From: a virus
Lineage: Duplodnaviria > Caudoviricetes
Strand: one strand, 5' to 3'
IMG/VR virus record: IMGVR_UViG_3300043783_000043
Coordinates: 1 to 51,778 of that record
Length of the DNA stretch: 51,778 bases
This document shows, piece by piece, positions 28,790-38,422 of this stretch. The translations under genes were made by a program, and so were the position numbers. The notes under the pieces are model-generated. The model saw only the letters and a program-made list of their open reading frames with translations. It had not been told where the DNA came from and made no database searches. Every line of letters starts with the position of its first letter. Position 1 is the first letter of the stretch.

Positions 28790-29809
28790 GTGATCATCAA
28801 GCCTCGCCGACCACAATTATGGATGCCGAGTCGGCGCGAGGTCTGCCGCGGGCTCGTTACTGCGCCATTCATATTGCGCGCTCGTCCGTCTGATGCTCAG
28901 GGGATCGTCTTCAACGGCATGGCTGCGTTGCGCAACGCCTATGTAGCATTGAGGTATGGTTTCCTCATCCACTTCAATATGTACACGTTCAGTCAGACAC
29001 ATGCCGCCAACCAGGCGATCAACACCTTCGCGCCTTCGACCACGAATTTCATTGCGCAATGGGTGACGACGGCGCAGGCTGCGGGCATTAAGTACTGCGG
29101 CCTGACGGCAAAGCACATTGACGGTTTCTGCATCTGGAACACCGCTTCAACGGCCTACAACGTGACGCAAACAACCTGGTATCAGTCCGGCGGTGGCTTC
29201 GATATCGTGGGGCAATTCTGCACGCAGATGCGGGCGGCCGGAATCGCTCCCGTGCTCTATTTCTCCATGTCGGATAACACGTACAGCGGCGGTTTCAGCG
29301 GCAGCGGCCTTAGCGCATTGAATTACGCCAAATTGCAACTCACTGAGTTGCTCACGAACTACGGTGCTGTAGCCGGCATCTGGTCCGACCCGGACTATGG
29401 CTCGGGGCCGAACAATTCCTTGCCGTTCCTCAGCGACGGTCAGCGCAACACCTTCATTCATAATTTGCAACCAAATTGCCTCGATTTGAAAAACAGTCAT
29501 GTCGGCAATCTTGGCCTGTCTCTGGCCGATATTATCTTGTACGAAGCCGTGCAGCCAACTAATCAATTAACCTATCCGCAGGAAATGGCTGAGACGAGTT
29601 TCAATAATGGCAATACGCTGTGGTTCTGGACATCCGGATATGCACTGAAAACTGTTGGAGATCACAACACAGCGGGCACTCTCGCCAATGACATGTTCAT
29701 AACGCATAACCGCAATGGCACATTCACCCTCGGCGTTGGCCCTAATCAGACCGGCGCGATCCCGAGCGATATCGTCACCCAGGTCACGAGCCTGGGGACC
29801 TTCAACTGA
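28790..29809 (+). CDS. GH29 alpha-L-fucosidase-like glycosidase with twin-arginine-like leader
   Basis: GFLIHF, AAGIKYCGLTAKHIDGFCIW, QLTELLTNYG, IWSD nucleophile region; SRREVCRG leader. Confidence 0.85.
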   Translation: MIIKPRRPQLWMPSRREVCRGLVTAPFILRARPSDAQGIVFNGMAALRNAYVALRYGFLIHFNMYTFSQTHAANQAINTFAPSTTNFIAQWVTTAQAAGIKYCGLTAKHIDGFCIWNTASTAYNVTQTTWYQSGGGFDIVGQFCTQMRAAGIAPVLYFSMSDNTYSGGFSGSGLSALNYAKLQLTELLTNYGAVAGIWSDPDYGSGPNNSLPFLSDGQRNTFIHNLQPNCLDLKNSHVGNLGLSLADIILYEAVQPTNQLTYPQEMAETSFNNGNTLWFWTSGYALKTVGDHNTAGTLANDMFITHNRNGTFTLGVGPNQTGAIPSDIVTQVTSLGTFN

Positions 29810-29817
29810 GAGACGCC

Positions 29818-30468
29818 ATGCTTTCTCTTGACATGATGAAGCGACGTTGGCCGCATGGGAATCAGCACATCCCCGGCCTGATCGAAGGCATTGTCGCGTC
29901 GGCCCCCGCCGTGATCGAACGATATGCGCTCGCCAAGAGCGGCAAGCTTGCGCTTGTTCTCGCTCATGCCATGGGCCAGTTTAGCGAGGAGTGTGGCTGT
30001 GGCCTCGAAATGATCGAGAGCCTCAACTATACAGCCATCCGGTTAAGACAAATTTTTCCCACGCATTTTACTCCATCCATGGCCGAACGTTGGGCTCACA
30101 ATGAGAAGATGATCGGCGAGATCGCCTATGGGGGGCGGATGGGGAATGCGCCGCCGCCGTCAACAGACGGCTTTGACTTTCGGGGGGCAGGACTATCCCA
30201 GGTCACCGGCCGCGAGGGCTTTGCCTCCCTCCAGCAGAAGCTCGACGCCATGAACGCCGGCTTCTCGATCCTCGACGATCCTGGATTGATCATTGATCCG
30301 GCTCTTACATTTGAATGCGGCATTGCCGACTGGATTGTGTGCGGATGTTTTCCCCATGCCGAACGCGACGATATTCTCGGCGAGACACGAGCACTCAATG
30401 GCGGCCTCAACGGACTGAATGAACGCCGTAGACAGATCGGGCTGTGGAAGAAGGAATTTGGGACATGA
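29818..30468 (+). CDS. Endolysin, GH19 family
   Basis: GQFSEE, ESLNY, YGGRMGN, FRGAGLSQVTGR, TRALNGGLNGL. Confidence 0.85.
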   Translation: MLSLDMMKRRWPHGNQHIPGLIEGIVASAPAVIERYALAKSGKLALVLAHAMGQFSEECGCGLEMIESLNYTAIRLRQIFPTHFTPSMAERWAHNEKMIGEIAYGGRMGNAPPPSTDGFDFRGAGLSQVTGREGFASLQQKLDAMNAGFSILDDPGLIIDPALTFECGIADWIVCGCFPHAERDDILGETRALNGGLNGLNERRRQIGLWKKEFGT

Positions 30469-30947
30469 TTCGCCTTCGTTTCGTGACTGGAAATTCATGG
30501 GTATCGAACGCAATTCGTGCTGGCGAGCGCGATGGGTGGTGTACCCATGTCGAAGCTGTAATGCCGGATGGAACGCTCTTAGGTGCGCATCTTGTCGGTG
30601 GCGTACAGGCGCGGTTGGTGGGGTACGACAAGGCAGAGATGACACGGGAACTGTTCGTCGAGCTTCATGCAGCCGATGCGACAATTTATGCGCCTGATAT
30701 CGAGAACGTCTTTTACATCTTCCTTCGTACTCAGCTCGGCAAGCCCTACGATACCGAAGCAGTCCTAGGGCTCGGCGTCGGTCGAAACTGGCGTAACGCG
30801 GATTCGTGGTTCTGCAGCGAATTGATAGCGGCTGCCCTCGAAACCTGCGGCTATCTGCCCAGACTCTCGGCGGCCGACAACCACATCAGCCCGCGGGACT
30901 TGCTGCTTGTCCTGAGTGGGCGCGTTTCAATCCCTGACGCAGCGTAG
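30465..30947 (+). CDS. Permuted papain-like NlpC/P60 (YiiX-like) enzyme
   Basis: THVE, QLGKPYD, WFCSEL. Confidence 0.8.
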   Translation: MIRLRFVTGNSWVSNAIRAGERDGWCTHVEAVMPDGTLLGAHLVGGVQARLVGYDKAEMTRELFVELHAADATIYAPDIENVFYIFLRTQLGKPYDTEAVLGLGVGRNWRNADSWFCSELIAAALETCGYLPRLSAADNHISPRDLLLVLSGRVSIPDAA

Positions 30948-30957
30948 GACAAATCCC

Positions 30958-31215
30958 ATGGACTGGACCACAATTGCTACACTCATCGCGCGCCACTCGC
31001 TCACGACTGCCGGCGGCTGGCTTGCTGCCAATGGCTTCCTTCCCACGGGAACGAGCATGGAGGCTTTCGTCGGCGCCGGCATGACGCTTCTTGGTGTCGC
31101 ATGGTCGGTGTGGCAGAAGGCCGACCATGCGAAGGTTATGGACGAACTTAGAGCATCGCTCGATTACTGGCAGAACAAGAAATCCGAGCAAAATCGCGCC
31201 AACGCGAAACCATGA
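30958..31215 (+). CDS. Holin-like membrane protein
   Basis: ARHSLTTAGGWL...GVAWSVW; two hydrophobic segments next to the endolysin. Confidence 0.7.
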   Translation: MDWTTIATLIARHSLTTAGGWLAANGFLPTGTSMEAFVGAGMTLLGVAWSVWQKADHAKVMDELRASLDYWQNKKSEQNRANAKP

Positions 31216-31379
31216 TACCAGATATCCGCTCCGAAAATACCGGCCACGGCCATGTGCGCCCGCGTCCGGATGGCGTGAAGGCGCGATGCGGCGGCCCGGC
31301 ACTTTGCTCCGTCTGCGCTCGCGAAGCCGCGCGATTGAAAAATCACGAACTCAATCACCCATGTGCGCCTAACAAGTGA
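31212..31379 (+). CDS. Small His/Cys protein (55 aa)
   Basis: Not in ORF track; GHGHVRPRPDGVKARCGGPALCSVCA; 4-nt overlaps at both ends. Confidence 0.65.
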   Translation: MIPDIRSENTGHGHVRPRPDGVKARCGGPALCSVCAREAARLKNHELNHPCAPNK

Positions 31380-32938
31380 ACATCAATCCGCCTTGGGAAA
31401 CGGTCAGACCGCCGTGGGAGCCCGTACTGCTCAACAAAGCAACTGTACGGGCTAAGTTGCTTGATTTCGACAAATACCGTGAAAAGTTTTTGCGCGTACG
31501 GCCGCGGAACGGCGGCGAACGCATACCTTTCATCCTGAATGCGGCGCAGCGTGTTTTGCATGCCAGCATAGAGCGGGAGCGTACCCGATTTGGATTGGTG
31601 CGCGCACTTATCCCTAAAGCCCGGCGGATGGGCGTTAGTACGTACATCGGCGGTCGTTATTTTCATCGCACAGCAACGGAATGGGGCAGACGAGCCCAAG
31701 TTGTGGCGCACCGTTCGGATAGCGCTACGAACCTGCATCGCGAAATAAAGCAGTTCTATGAAGGACTGCCGGCATCCGTACGGCCACGCCTCGGCGCGTC
31801 AAATGCGCGGGAGCTGATCTTTGACGTCCTGAAATCGCTATACAAGGTAGCATCGGCAGAGGGTGGCGATATCAGCCGTTCCGACGATTTTCATCTATTG
31901 CACATGTCCGAAGCGGCATTTTTTGACAACACAGAAGACCTGTCGGCAGGCCTCTTGCAGACCATACAGGATTTGCCCGATACAGAAATTGCAGTGGAAA
32001 GCACGGGCAACGGGCAGTCGGGCATGTTCTATGACATGTGCCGCACAGCTCACGATGAACAGGGCGGCGGGCTGTGGCGGCTGCATTTCCTGCCCTGGAC
32101 AGTAATGCCGGAGTACCGTACGGAGGTTCCGACCGGATGGAAGGCGCCGAAGGAATTTGACGACTACGCCAAGTTCCACGGCCTCGATCGAGAGCAACTC
32201 TATTGGTTCTGGACGAAGAACTACACCCTTGCCGCCATGAACGGCGGCCAGCCGGAGATGATTCACCGGCTCACTAGGCAAGAATATCCGGCGATCTACA
32301 GTGAATGCTTTATGACCGACAGTACGCTGGATTTTTTCCCAGCGTCTCTTGTTGGAGCTGCAATGATACGCAAACCTGCCCCATCAGCCGGTGCATTGAA
32401 ACTTCTGGCCGTGGACCCGGCCGGCGACGGACAGGACAAGTGCTTCGTTTGCGACCGACAGGGCTCTGCGATCGGCGCGCGGGTGTGGGGCGAATTAGCA
32501 AACCGCGATTATAACGTACAAGCAGACTGGCTTGTGCAAACGTTCGAACGATTCAGTATGGACGCAATCGTAATCGATGTGACCGGAACAGGCAAAGGTT
32601 TGCTGGATGCCGTACGGCTCCGCATGCGTCGCTACGGTCCCGAAAAGGTGGTGGCGGTCAACTTTGCATGGGGTGCACTTAACGACGTGCTGTACGGCAA
32701 TCGACGCGCAGAACTCCACGACAGGCTTCAACGCTGGCTGCAAGGCGACGTTTCTGTGCCGAACGATAAAATGCTGCAGGAAGAATGTGCGGCGTATAAG
32801 TGGGGTACAGGCGGCTGCCGACGCGATGAGAAAATGCGGTTGTTCTTGACGCTGAAAGAGAAGGTGCGCGCAGAGTTGAAACCCGTGCGGTCACCCGATC
32901 GGCTAGATGCATGTGCGGTTTCCATGGCTGTGGATTGA
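31376..32938 (+). CDS. terL: Terminase large subunit
   Basis: KARRMGVST, LHMSEAAF, ESTGNG, VDPAGDG, SPDRLDA. Confidence 0.93.
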   Translation: MNINPPWETVRPPWEPVLLNKATVRAKLLDFDKYREKFLRVRPRNGGERIPFILNAAQRVLHASIERERTRFGLVRALIPKARRMGVSTYIGGRYFHRTATEWGRRAQVVAHRSDSATNLHREIKQFYEGLPASVRPRLGASNARELIFDVLKSLYKVASAEGGDISRSDDFHLLHMSEAAFFDNTEDLSAGLLQTIQDLPDTEIAVESTGNGQSGMFYDMCRTAHDEQGGGLWRLHFLPWTVMPEYRTEVPTGWKAPKEFDDYAKFHGLDREQLYWFWTKNYTLAAMNGGQPEMIHRLTRQEYPAIYSECFMTDSTLDFFPASLVGAAMIRKPAPSAGALKLLAVDPAGDGQDKCFVCDRQGSAIGARVWGELANRDYNVQADWLVQTFERFSMDAIVIDVTGTGKGLLDAVRLRMRRYGPEKVVAVNFAWGALNDVLYGNRRAELHDRLQRWLQGDVSVPNDKMLQEECAAYKWGTGGCRRDEKMRLFLTLKEKVRAELKPVRSPDRLDACAVSMAVD

Positions 32939-32995
32939 CATGCGCTCTCCGTACAGTGTACATGCTGATTCGTACACGTACAGCTAGGAGTGCAT

Positions 32996-33229
32996 ATGAA
33001 CGACGTAACCGAATTGCCGGCGACGGCCCCGACCACAAAGAAGCCGAGAGCCAAGCCGAAGGTTAAGAAGAAGCCGAAGGCCGTACGGAAAGGCCGTCCG
33101 CTCGTACGTACGTGTAGGATGGATATCCGACTCGCGCCGAAAGAGCTGGCGAAGCTGAAACGAATCGCCAAGGCGAAAGATATTTCGGCAACCGCAATGC
33201 TGGTCAGGCTGATCGAGAAGGCCGCCTGA
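32996..33229 (+). CDS. Basic RHH-like DNA-binding protein
   Basis: RMDIRLAPKELAKLKRIA...ISATAMLVRLI; TTGACA promoter at 32935; GGAG SD. Confidence 0.65.
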   Translation: MNDVTELPATAPTTKKPRAKPKVKKKPKAVRKGRPLVRTCRMDIRLAPKELAKLKRIAKAKDISATAMLVRLIEKAA

Positions 33230-33232
33230 CGC

Positions 33233-33262
33233 AATAAAGGCCCCGGTTTTTGACCAGGGCCT
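33233..33262 (-). terminator. Terminator between convergent genes
   Basis: AGGCCCCGGT / ACCAGGGCCT stem; TTTATT tail on the minus strand. Confidence 0.6.
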
Positions 33263-33284
33263 CCGACCGCGAGAACTCAGAAAC

Positions 33285-34013
33285 TCAATACAAGATCGAG
33301 AACCCAACCTCGTATCTCTGCGCCAAGCCAACCAAGGCGCTCTGCCCGACTGGACCGATGGCAAAGCCCTTGGCCGGGAATACGGTGCCAACCCAGGCGT
33401 CCGCGGCAAAGCCGTTGCTCAACTGCCCGATCATGCCGACTCCGAGCGCTGGCGCGATCGACCATTGTTTGTTGGCGCCCAAGCCGAAATTGGCAGAGAT
33501 ATCATCCTCGTGCATGCCGCCCCAAAGGTAGGTAAGAACGTTCGTCGCGACCTGGCCATTCGGGAGTGGGGGGAATGGCGGAACGGTCGGGAGATTCAAC
33601 GCCGGGAAGTAGCTCAAGAGCTGCGCCAGCGGTACGCCTGCCTTGATGCGTTGCTCGAAGGCGGCAGGACCGGAAAGACTGAGGCCCACCGTATTGCCGC
33701 CGTTGAAGTTGGTAATCCCAAACGTGCCCTCGATTGCGTAGAACGCAGGGCCGCCGGCATTGAATGCCCACCCGACCGTGCCGGCAAGCGCGATCTGATT
33801 GGTAGTGAGACTTGCCGGCCCGATCCCTTCGATGCTGCCCTTGACCGGGCCCGCATCTGCGAACGTGGTCAATCCCCAATAGAAGCCTGAGCCGGCCGGA
33901 TAGCCGACAACGGGCGCTGGCGCGGCAAGGGTTTTTAGCTTCACCGGCATGTCGGCAGCATGGGCCGCTCCGAAACACGCCATGGTGGCCAGAGCAATCA
34001 ATGCACGTTTCAT
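33285..34013 (-). CDS. Outer-membrane beta-barrel protein (Omp25/RopB-like)
   Basis: Signal AHA|ADMPVK, SGFYWG, amphipathic strands, terminal aromatic (FSILY). Confidence 0.8.
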   Translation of the reverse strand: MKRALIALATMACFGAAHAADMPVKLKTLAAPAPVVGYPAGSGFYWGLTTFADAGPVKGSIEGIGPASLTTNQIALAGTVGWAFNAGGPAFYAIEGTFGITNFNGGNTVGLSLSGPAAFEQRIKAGVPLAQLLSYFPALNLPTVPPFPPLPNGQVATNVLTYLWGGMHEDDISANFGLGANKQWSIAPALGVGMIGQLSNGFAADAWVGTVFPAKGFAIGPVGQSALVGLAQRYEVGFSILY

Positions 34014-34039
34014 GGTGATTTCCTTTCGAGTTTACGAGG

Positions 34040-35371
34040 CTAACCTGCCATCTCAAGTAAGCCGTTGTCAACCGCGCCCATGATCTCCTTGACACGCAAA
34101 TAGCTACCGATCGAACCGCCGAACTTGCGCGCGCCGCTTTGACCATTAAGCGTGATCGTAGATGCTGCGTTGTCACCTGCGCGTACTTTGAAGGTCGTCA
34201 AGGATAGCGTCCCGGAAAGCATCGACCACTCGACTGGAGCCTCAATAGCCGCACCTGATGCCGTACTAAACAGGAGCCATGACGCCAGCGCATTAACGGT
34301 CGAATCCTGAAACAGAGCCATCCCCATCGTGGCCGCGCTGGCATTTCCATCGGAAATATCCAACATACCCGTGATGCGCAGCACATTCGCCGAAGATATG
34401 GGCGTGATCGCCTGTGAGATGAGCTGCGCGCCGCGCGTGTTCGGCGGGATCGTGTCATCGATCGTAAATGCCGTCGCGCCAGTCGCCACTGCCCCTGTGT
34501 AAGCCTCTTGCGTTTGAATTTCCTGTCCTGGGAGCGGCGTAGAACCCGGCTGGTACAGGCTTAACCGCGTCGGTGCTGCGTTCCACGTCCCGGCAGTTGC
34601 GAGCGTACCGCCGGCCTCCCATGTGGCATAAGCGAGTGGAACATATGCAAGACTGGAGCGCGCTGTAGTGCTGTACGCAACACCGCTTGACGAGGCGCCA
34701 GAAACAGCCGACGTTGAGATGATGCCCCAGCCCTGCAATGGGTAAATGCTTGTGCCTGTCAACGCATTGAGGACGAATAGTTCCACTGTCCCGGCATTGT
34801 CGAGCGCACCAATCCAGATGCGACCAGGGGTAGCATTGGAAAAGCCTATCGCTTGGCCCGATGGAATTGTGATGTTGAGTGCTGTTGTGACCGTACGCAT
34901 GACATAGTTGCCAGTCGCGGCGGTCACGTTACGAAATAGGAATACTACCGGATCGCTTGCTGCCGGATCGATACCCGCCAACGTCTTGACTGCAAACGTC
35001 TGTGCATTGCCCACTTGGGACTGAACAAGCGTTCCATTCATCATGGCCGACGCATATGCGTACGGCGTTGCCCATGTGCCATCTCCGCGCCAAAACGTCG
35101 TCGAGCTGGCGTTTGTACCGCTGTTCAAGTTGGCTACAGGTAGATTGCCAGTAATGCCCGCGGTACCGAGATTGACTGCGCTGCAGGTCGGATCGGCCGA
35201 GGCTCCAGCGCCGACGAGCGGCACGCCTGCGGCACACGGTCCGACGCTGCCAAAGCCGATGATGCCGAGCCCGCGCCCGAGCGGCACGGAGTGATTCGGC
35301 GTTTGCCATTGCGCCTGCGCGGCGAATATCGACGCGAACAGGCAAACAATCGAAAGAGCGATGCGATTCAT
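34040..35371 (-). CDS. Tail fibre-like protein with signal peptide (443 aa)
   Basis: [20 protein letters not shown]|QW; [24 protein letters not shown] fibre motif; [11 protein letters not shown]-terminal domain. Confidence 0.75.
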   Translation of the reverse strand: MNRIALSIVCLFASIFAAQAQWQTPNHSVPLGRGLGIIGFGSVGPCAAGVPLVGAGASADPTCSAVNLGTAGITGNLPVANLNSGTNASSTTFWRGDGTWATPYAYASAMMNGTLVQSQVGNAQTFAVKTLAGIDPAASDPVVFLFRNVTAATGNYVMRTVTTALNITIPSGQAIGFSNATPGRIWIGALDNAGTVELFVLNALTGTSIYPLQGWGIISTSAVSGASSSGVAYSTTARSSLAYVPLAYATWEAGGTLATAGTWNAAPTRLSLYQPGSTPLPGQEIQTQEAYTGAVATGATAFTIDDTIPPNTRGAQLISQAITPISSANVLRITGMLDISDGNASAATMGMALFQDSTVNALASWLLFSTASGAAIEAPVEWSMLSGTLSLTTFKVRAGDNAASTITLNGQSGARKFGGSIGSYLRVKEIMGAVDNGLLEMAG

Positions 35372-35985
35372 GGCGCGATAACCCATGCGTTGAGATCGGG
35401 GGAAGGCTGGAGCATAATGCCCGAAAGTTGCACAGCCGTCGAAAGCAACTGGAACGTAGCTTGCTGCATGATGGTTGCACTGTCGGGTACGGACAACGTA
35501 ATGGTGTGATTCGTGACCGCTGTCGAAAAGTCCACAATCTGGAGCTTCTTGCCGGACGCGAATTGACTTGCAAGTGTTGGCAACGTAAGCGCGGTTGCCG
35601 TAGGCGAAGCGCGCTGGACTGCAACAAGCGACGTGCCCGCAACAATCGCCGCAGCGCCGGCTGTGACGCTCTGAAACGCATAGCCGGATATCAACGGTAG
35701 GAAATACGTCTGCCACAGGGCGGGCGTTGCAGGCTGGTATACTGATAGGGTAGCATTCCATAAGAACAGTTGCCCTTCGGCCGACCACGACGGCACCGCG
35801 GGCTGAAACCAAGCTGTCGAAGCCTGATTCGCAATCGGCGCTGACTGCCCAACAAAAAGATTGATGAATCCCGCTCGCGCGAGTGCTTCCACAAACCAAT
35901 CGAGGCCCGGAATACTCCCCAAGCGCTCTACGCCGCCAATATTGCGAAGCAACGCAAGAAAGTCTGTTGTGGCCGAGTAAGACAT
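35368..35985 (-). CDS. Virion-module hypothetical protein (205 aa)
   Basis: ATGA coupling; TALTLP...LQIVD beta pattern. Confidence 0.7.
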   Translation of the reverse strand: MSYSATTDFLALLRNIGGVERLGSIPGLDWFVEALARAGFINLFVGQSAPIANQASTAWFQPAVPSWSAEGQLFLWNATLSVYQPATPALWQTYFLPLISGYAFQSVTAGAAAIVAGTSLVAVQRASPTATALTLPTLASQFASGKKLQIVDFSTAVTNHTITLSVPDSATIMQQATFQLLSTAVQLSGIMLQPSPDLNAWVIAP

Positions 35986-35994
35986 TGAGAACCC

Positions 35995-36435
35995 CTATAT
36001 TGCGTGCGAATCCTCGGCTGTATACAGCGTGTTCAGCGTGACGCCTACGCTTGCAGGATTCGCGGGCCACGCGCCCGCCGCCTTCGGCCCGTAGATCGAA
36101 ACGGGGTTGAGTCCGTAGTTGCCAAAACCTGCCCACAATAGGAAGTAGTCGCCGTTCACGCCAATGTCGGCTGTAGGCGCAGACGTACCGAACCATTTCA
36201 ACGCCGGTTGATAGGTCAGTGGCACGGCAAAGAGAAAGTGGCCCCACGGGTCTACGTCACCGCCTGCGTCCGTTGACCGCTTGCTGTATATGTTCCACGC
36301 CTGCACATCAATGTATAGGTCACCGACAACGCCCGCCTGAGGCACAGGTGGCCCGTTGCCACGCGCAATCGAGCCAAACTGCTTGGCCTGGAAATAAATG
36401 CCGCCTTGCATTGTACCGTTGTCAAATCCGGAAAT
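35995..36435 (-). CDS. Virion-module protein, short paralog of 36447..37088, probable ATT start
   Basis: (I)[15 protein letters not shown] aligns with MAGIDNGTSQGGIYFQ; GGAGG SD 5 nt before ATT36435. Confidence 0.7.
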   Translation of the reverse strand: MSGFDNGTMQGGIYFQAKQFGSIARGNGPPVPQAGVVGDLYIDVQAWNIYSKRSTDAGGDVDPWGHFLFAVPLTYQPALKWFGTSAPTADIGVNGDYFLLWAGFGNYGLNPVSIYGPKAAGAWPANPASVGVTLNTLYTAEDSHAI

Positions 36436-36446
36436 TGGAGCCTCCC

Positions 36447-37088
36447 CTAGAGGGCATGCGAATCCTCCGCCGTATACAGCGCATTCAACGTTACCGCAAC
36501 ATTTGCCGGATTGCTCTGGATGCCGATCTGCAAGACCGGCGTTCCGGCCGCAGTGCCCACAGGCGTCGGCTGCACATATTCGTCCACAATGCCGATTACG
36601 ATCAGTTGCGTCGAACTGCTAAGCGCAATTGGCGCACCTTCGTCCGCGAGTCCGATCGGAAGCACAAAGCCCGCACCTGTATTCGATATGGACGTGTTCG
36701 GACCGTTGCCGTTTTCCGCCCACACACCGAAAGCAGTTTTCGGCCCGTACATGGCAGGCTGGAGGCCGTAGTTGCCGAAACCCGCCCATGCCAAACAGTA
36801 GTCGCCCGTGACGCCCACACTGTCGCCAGGTGCCGACGCGCTGAACCATTTGAGCTGATTTCGGTAAGTGACCGGGACGTTGAAAAGGAAATGGCCCCAT
36901 GGGTCTACGTCGCTCCCGGCTTCGGTAGAGCGTTTCGTGTACAGGTTCCAGGCAGCAACATCTAGATAGAGATCGCCGACAAGCCCGGCTTGCGGCACGG
37001 GCGGCCCGTTGCCGCGCAGGATCGAGCCAAATTGCTTGGCTTGGAAGTATATCCCGCCTTGCGATGTGCCGTTGTCGATGCCTGCCAT
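36447..37088 (-). CDS. Virion-module protein (GxGPP...GDLYLD repeat type)
   Basis: [22 protein letters not shown]. Confidence 0.75.
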   Translation of the reverse strand: MAGIDNGTSQGGIYFQAKQFGSILRGNGPPVPQAGLVGDLYLDVAAWNLYTKRSTEAGSDVDPWGHFLFNVPVTYRNQLKWFSASAPGDSVGVTGDYCLAWAGFGNYGLQPAMYGPKTAFGVWAENGNGPNTSISNTGAGFVLPIGLADEGAPIALSSSTQLIVIGIVDEYVQPTPVGTAAGTPVLQIGIQSNPANVAVTLNALYTAEDSHAL

Positions 37089-37092
37089 GGCG

Positions 37093-37515
37093 TCACATCT
37101 GCGCTCCCACGTCTTCGGAGCGCGTTACTTGCATCGCCATGTTGACGCCAGTCCCGTCGCCGTTGTTGATGTTCAGAATGCGGAGCCGCACCCATCCGGC
37201 GCGGTGCGCGCGCCTGGACGTGGCGACTACCATATTCTGCCACTGATCGATAGGCCACGCGTTGCCGCCGGCTACTTGTTCAGCTCCCGACGCCCGCATT
37301 TCCATGAGCACGGACGCCTCCGGGGCGATCGGCGACATGGTGACCGCGCTCATTTGTGCAGAGCTAAAAGCGATCGAAGCGCGAGCGATGTTGATCGAGA
37401 TGTTGTCGCCTGTGTTGATAGGCAGCCAACCAGTTGTTTGCCCGATCGTATCAGCGTAGCAGCAATCAAATTGCCTGTTAAGTGCTTTCGTGCCTCCGCC
37501 TTGTCGGTAGAACAT
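37093..37515 (-). CDS. Virion-module hypothetical protein (140 aa)
   Basis: GGAGG SD; operon context. Confidence 0.7.
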   Translation of the reverse strand: MFYRQGGGTKALNRQFDCCYADTIGQTTGWLPINTGDNISINIARASIAFSSAQMSAVTMSPIAPEASVLMEMRASGAEQVAGGNAWPIDQWQNMVVATSRRAHRAGWVRLRILNINNGDGTGVNMAMQVTRSEDVGAQM

Positions 37516-37516
37516 G

Positions 37517-37942
37517 CTATGCCTCCAAGTATCGTACAGCGTTCTGTAGCAAGTCTGTACGATCTTTGAAACAACCGAGTCCTATATTGCAGTGGTGGCA
37601 TAGAAGTCCGCGTACGGCGTCGGTCGCATGATCGTGGTCTACGCAAATCTTAATGCCAATAAACGCAATTCCGCAGATAGCGCATTGAGCACCTTGCGAA
37701 ACAAGCAACGCTTGAAAATCTTCTAAACCCATACCGTATTTGTAGGTAAGCCACGTGGCTTGCCTTCGTTCGGCTGACTTATTTCGAAAAGTCTCATCTC
37801 GGCCGTACCGCTCTTTGGCCTTTTCGATCAGGCAAGCTTGGCAATACGTGCTACCATTAACGCGTTCGCGACGATGCTGTGCAAGGTCATGCCCCCGCTT
37901 GCAAAGCGCTTTACGCTTTGGTCCTGTAGGTCCTCGCATCAT
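37517..37942 (-). CDS. Endonuclease VII-like His-Me nuclease
   Basis: KYGM...QCAIC...VDHDHATDAVRGLLCHHCNIGLG. Confidence 0.9.
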   Translation of the reverse strand: MMRGPTGPKRKALCKRGHDLAQHRRERVNGSTYCQACLIEKAKERYGRDETFRNKSAERRQATWLTYKYGMGLEDFQALLVSQGAQCAICGIAFIGIKICVDHDHATDAVRGLLCHHCNIGLGCFKDRTDLLQNAVRYLEA

Positions 37943-38253
37943 TTCTGGTTGCTCAGTGTAGCCATTGCCGCTTCGGCGGTCTGAACGCTGCTTTCAGCGT
38001 CAGCAACGATCGCCTCAATTGCAGAAAAGGTGTTGTCGCCATGGACCTCCAATGCGTCAAAACGTCCCATGATGCTGTCCATGCGCGCATGCAGCGCCGC
38101 CGGAACTTTGCCCATGCGTGCCGCTAGGATGTCTGCTTTGTCCTTAAGGGCCATCCGCCTCCCCTCTGCAATCAAAACCCGCATAGATTCGAATCGATCC
38201 GCGGCTATGCTCAACTGCGCCACGATGGGCACTTGTGATTGCTGCCCGAACAC
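37939..38253 (-). CDS. Helical hypothetical protein (104 aa)
   Basis: GGGG SD; ATGA coupling. Confidence 0.65.
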   Translation of the reverse strand: MFGQQSQVPIVAQLSIAADRFESMRVLIAEGRRMALKDKADILAARMGKVPAALHARMDSIMGRFDALEVHGDNTFSAIEAIVADAESSVQTAEAAMATLSNQK

Positions 38254-38264
38254 TGCCGCCCCCG

Positions 38265-38411
38265 CTACTTGGATTTGCGCGTGACCGGCTTTTCGCCCTC
38301 TTTGCGCGTGCCGTTGAAGATCATGGCCGCGTGTTTCTTCAACAGCGCGCTGGGCATCTTAGGGTGCCCGGCGCGCAATTCCCGCTTAATCGCTTCGTAC
38401 CGGCGCGGCAT
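38265..38411 (-). CDS. Small basic protein (48 aa) containing the mini-array protospacer
   Basis: Not in ORF track; MPRRYEAIKRELRAGHPKMPSALLKKHAAMIFNGTRKEGEKPVTRKSK; synonymous differences to the spacer support coding. Confidence 0.7.
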   Translation of the reverse strand: MPRRYEAIKRELRAGHPKMPSALLKKHAAMIFNGTRKEGEKPVTRKSK

Positions 38412-38422
38412 GTGGTCTACTT

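Noticed and set aside
35372-36247. 735-aa ORF 34040..36247 as one giant or overlapping gene
   Set aside because: The first 292 codons overlap two better genes and look non-protein-like; the real start is ATG35371 with a signal peptide.
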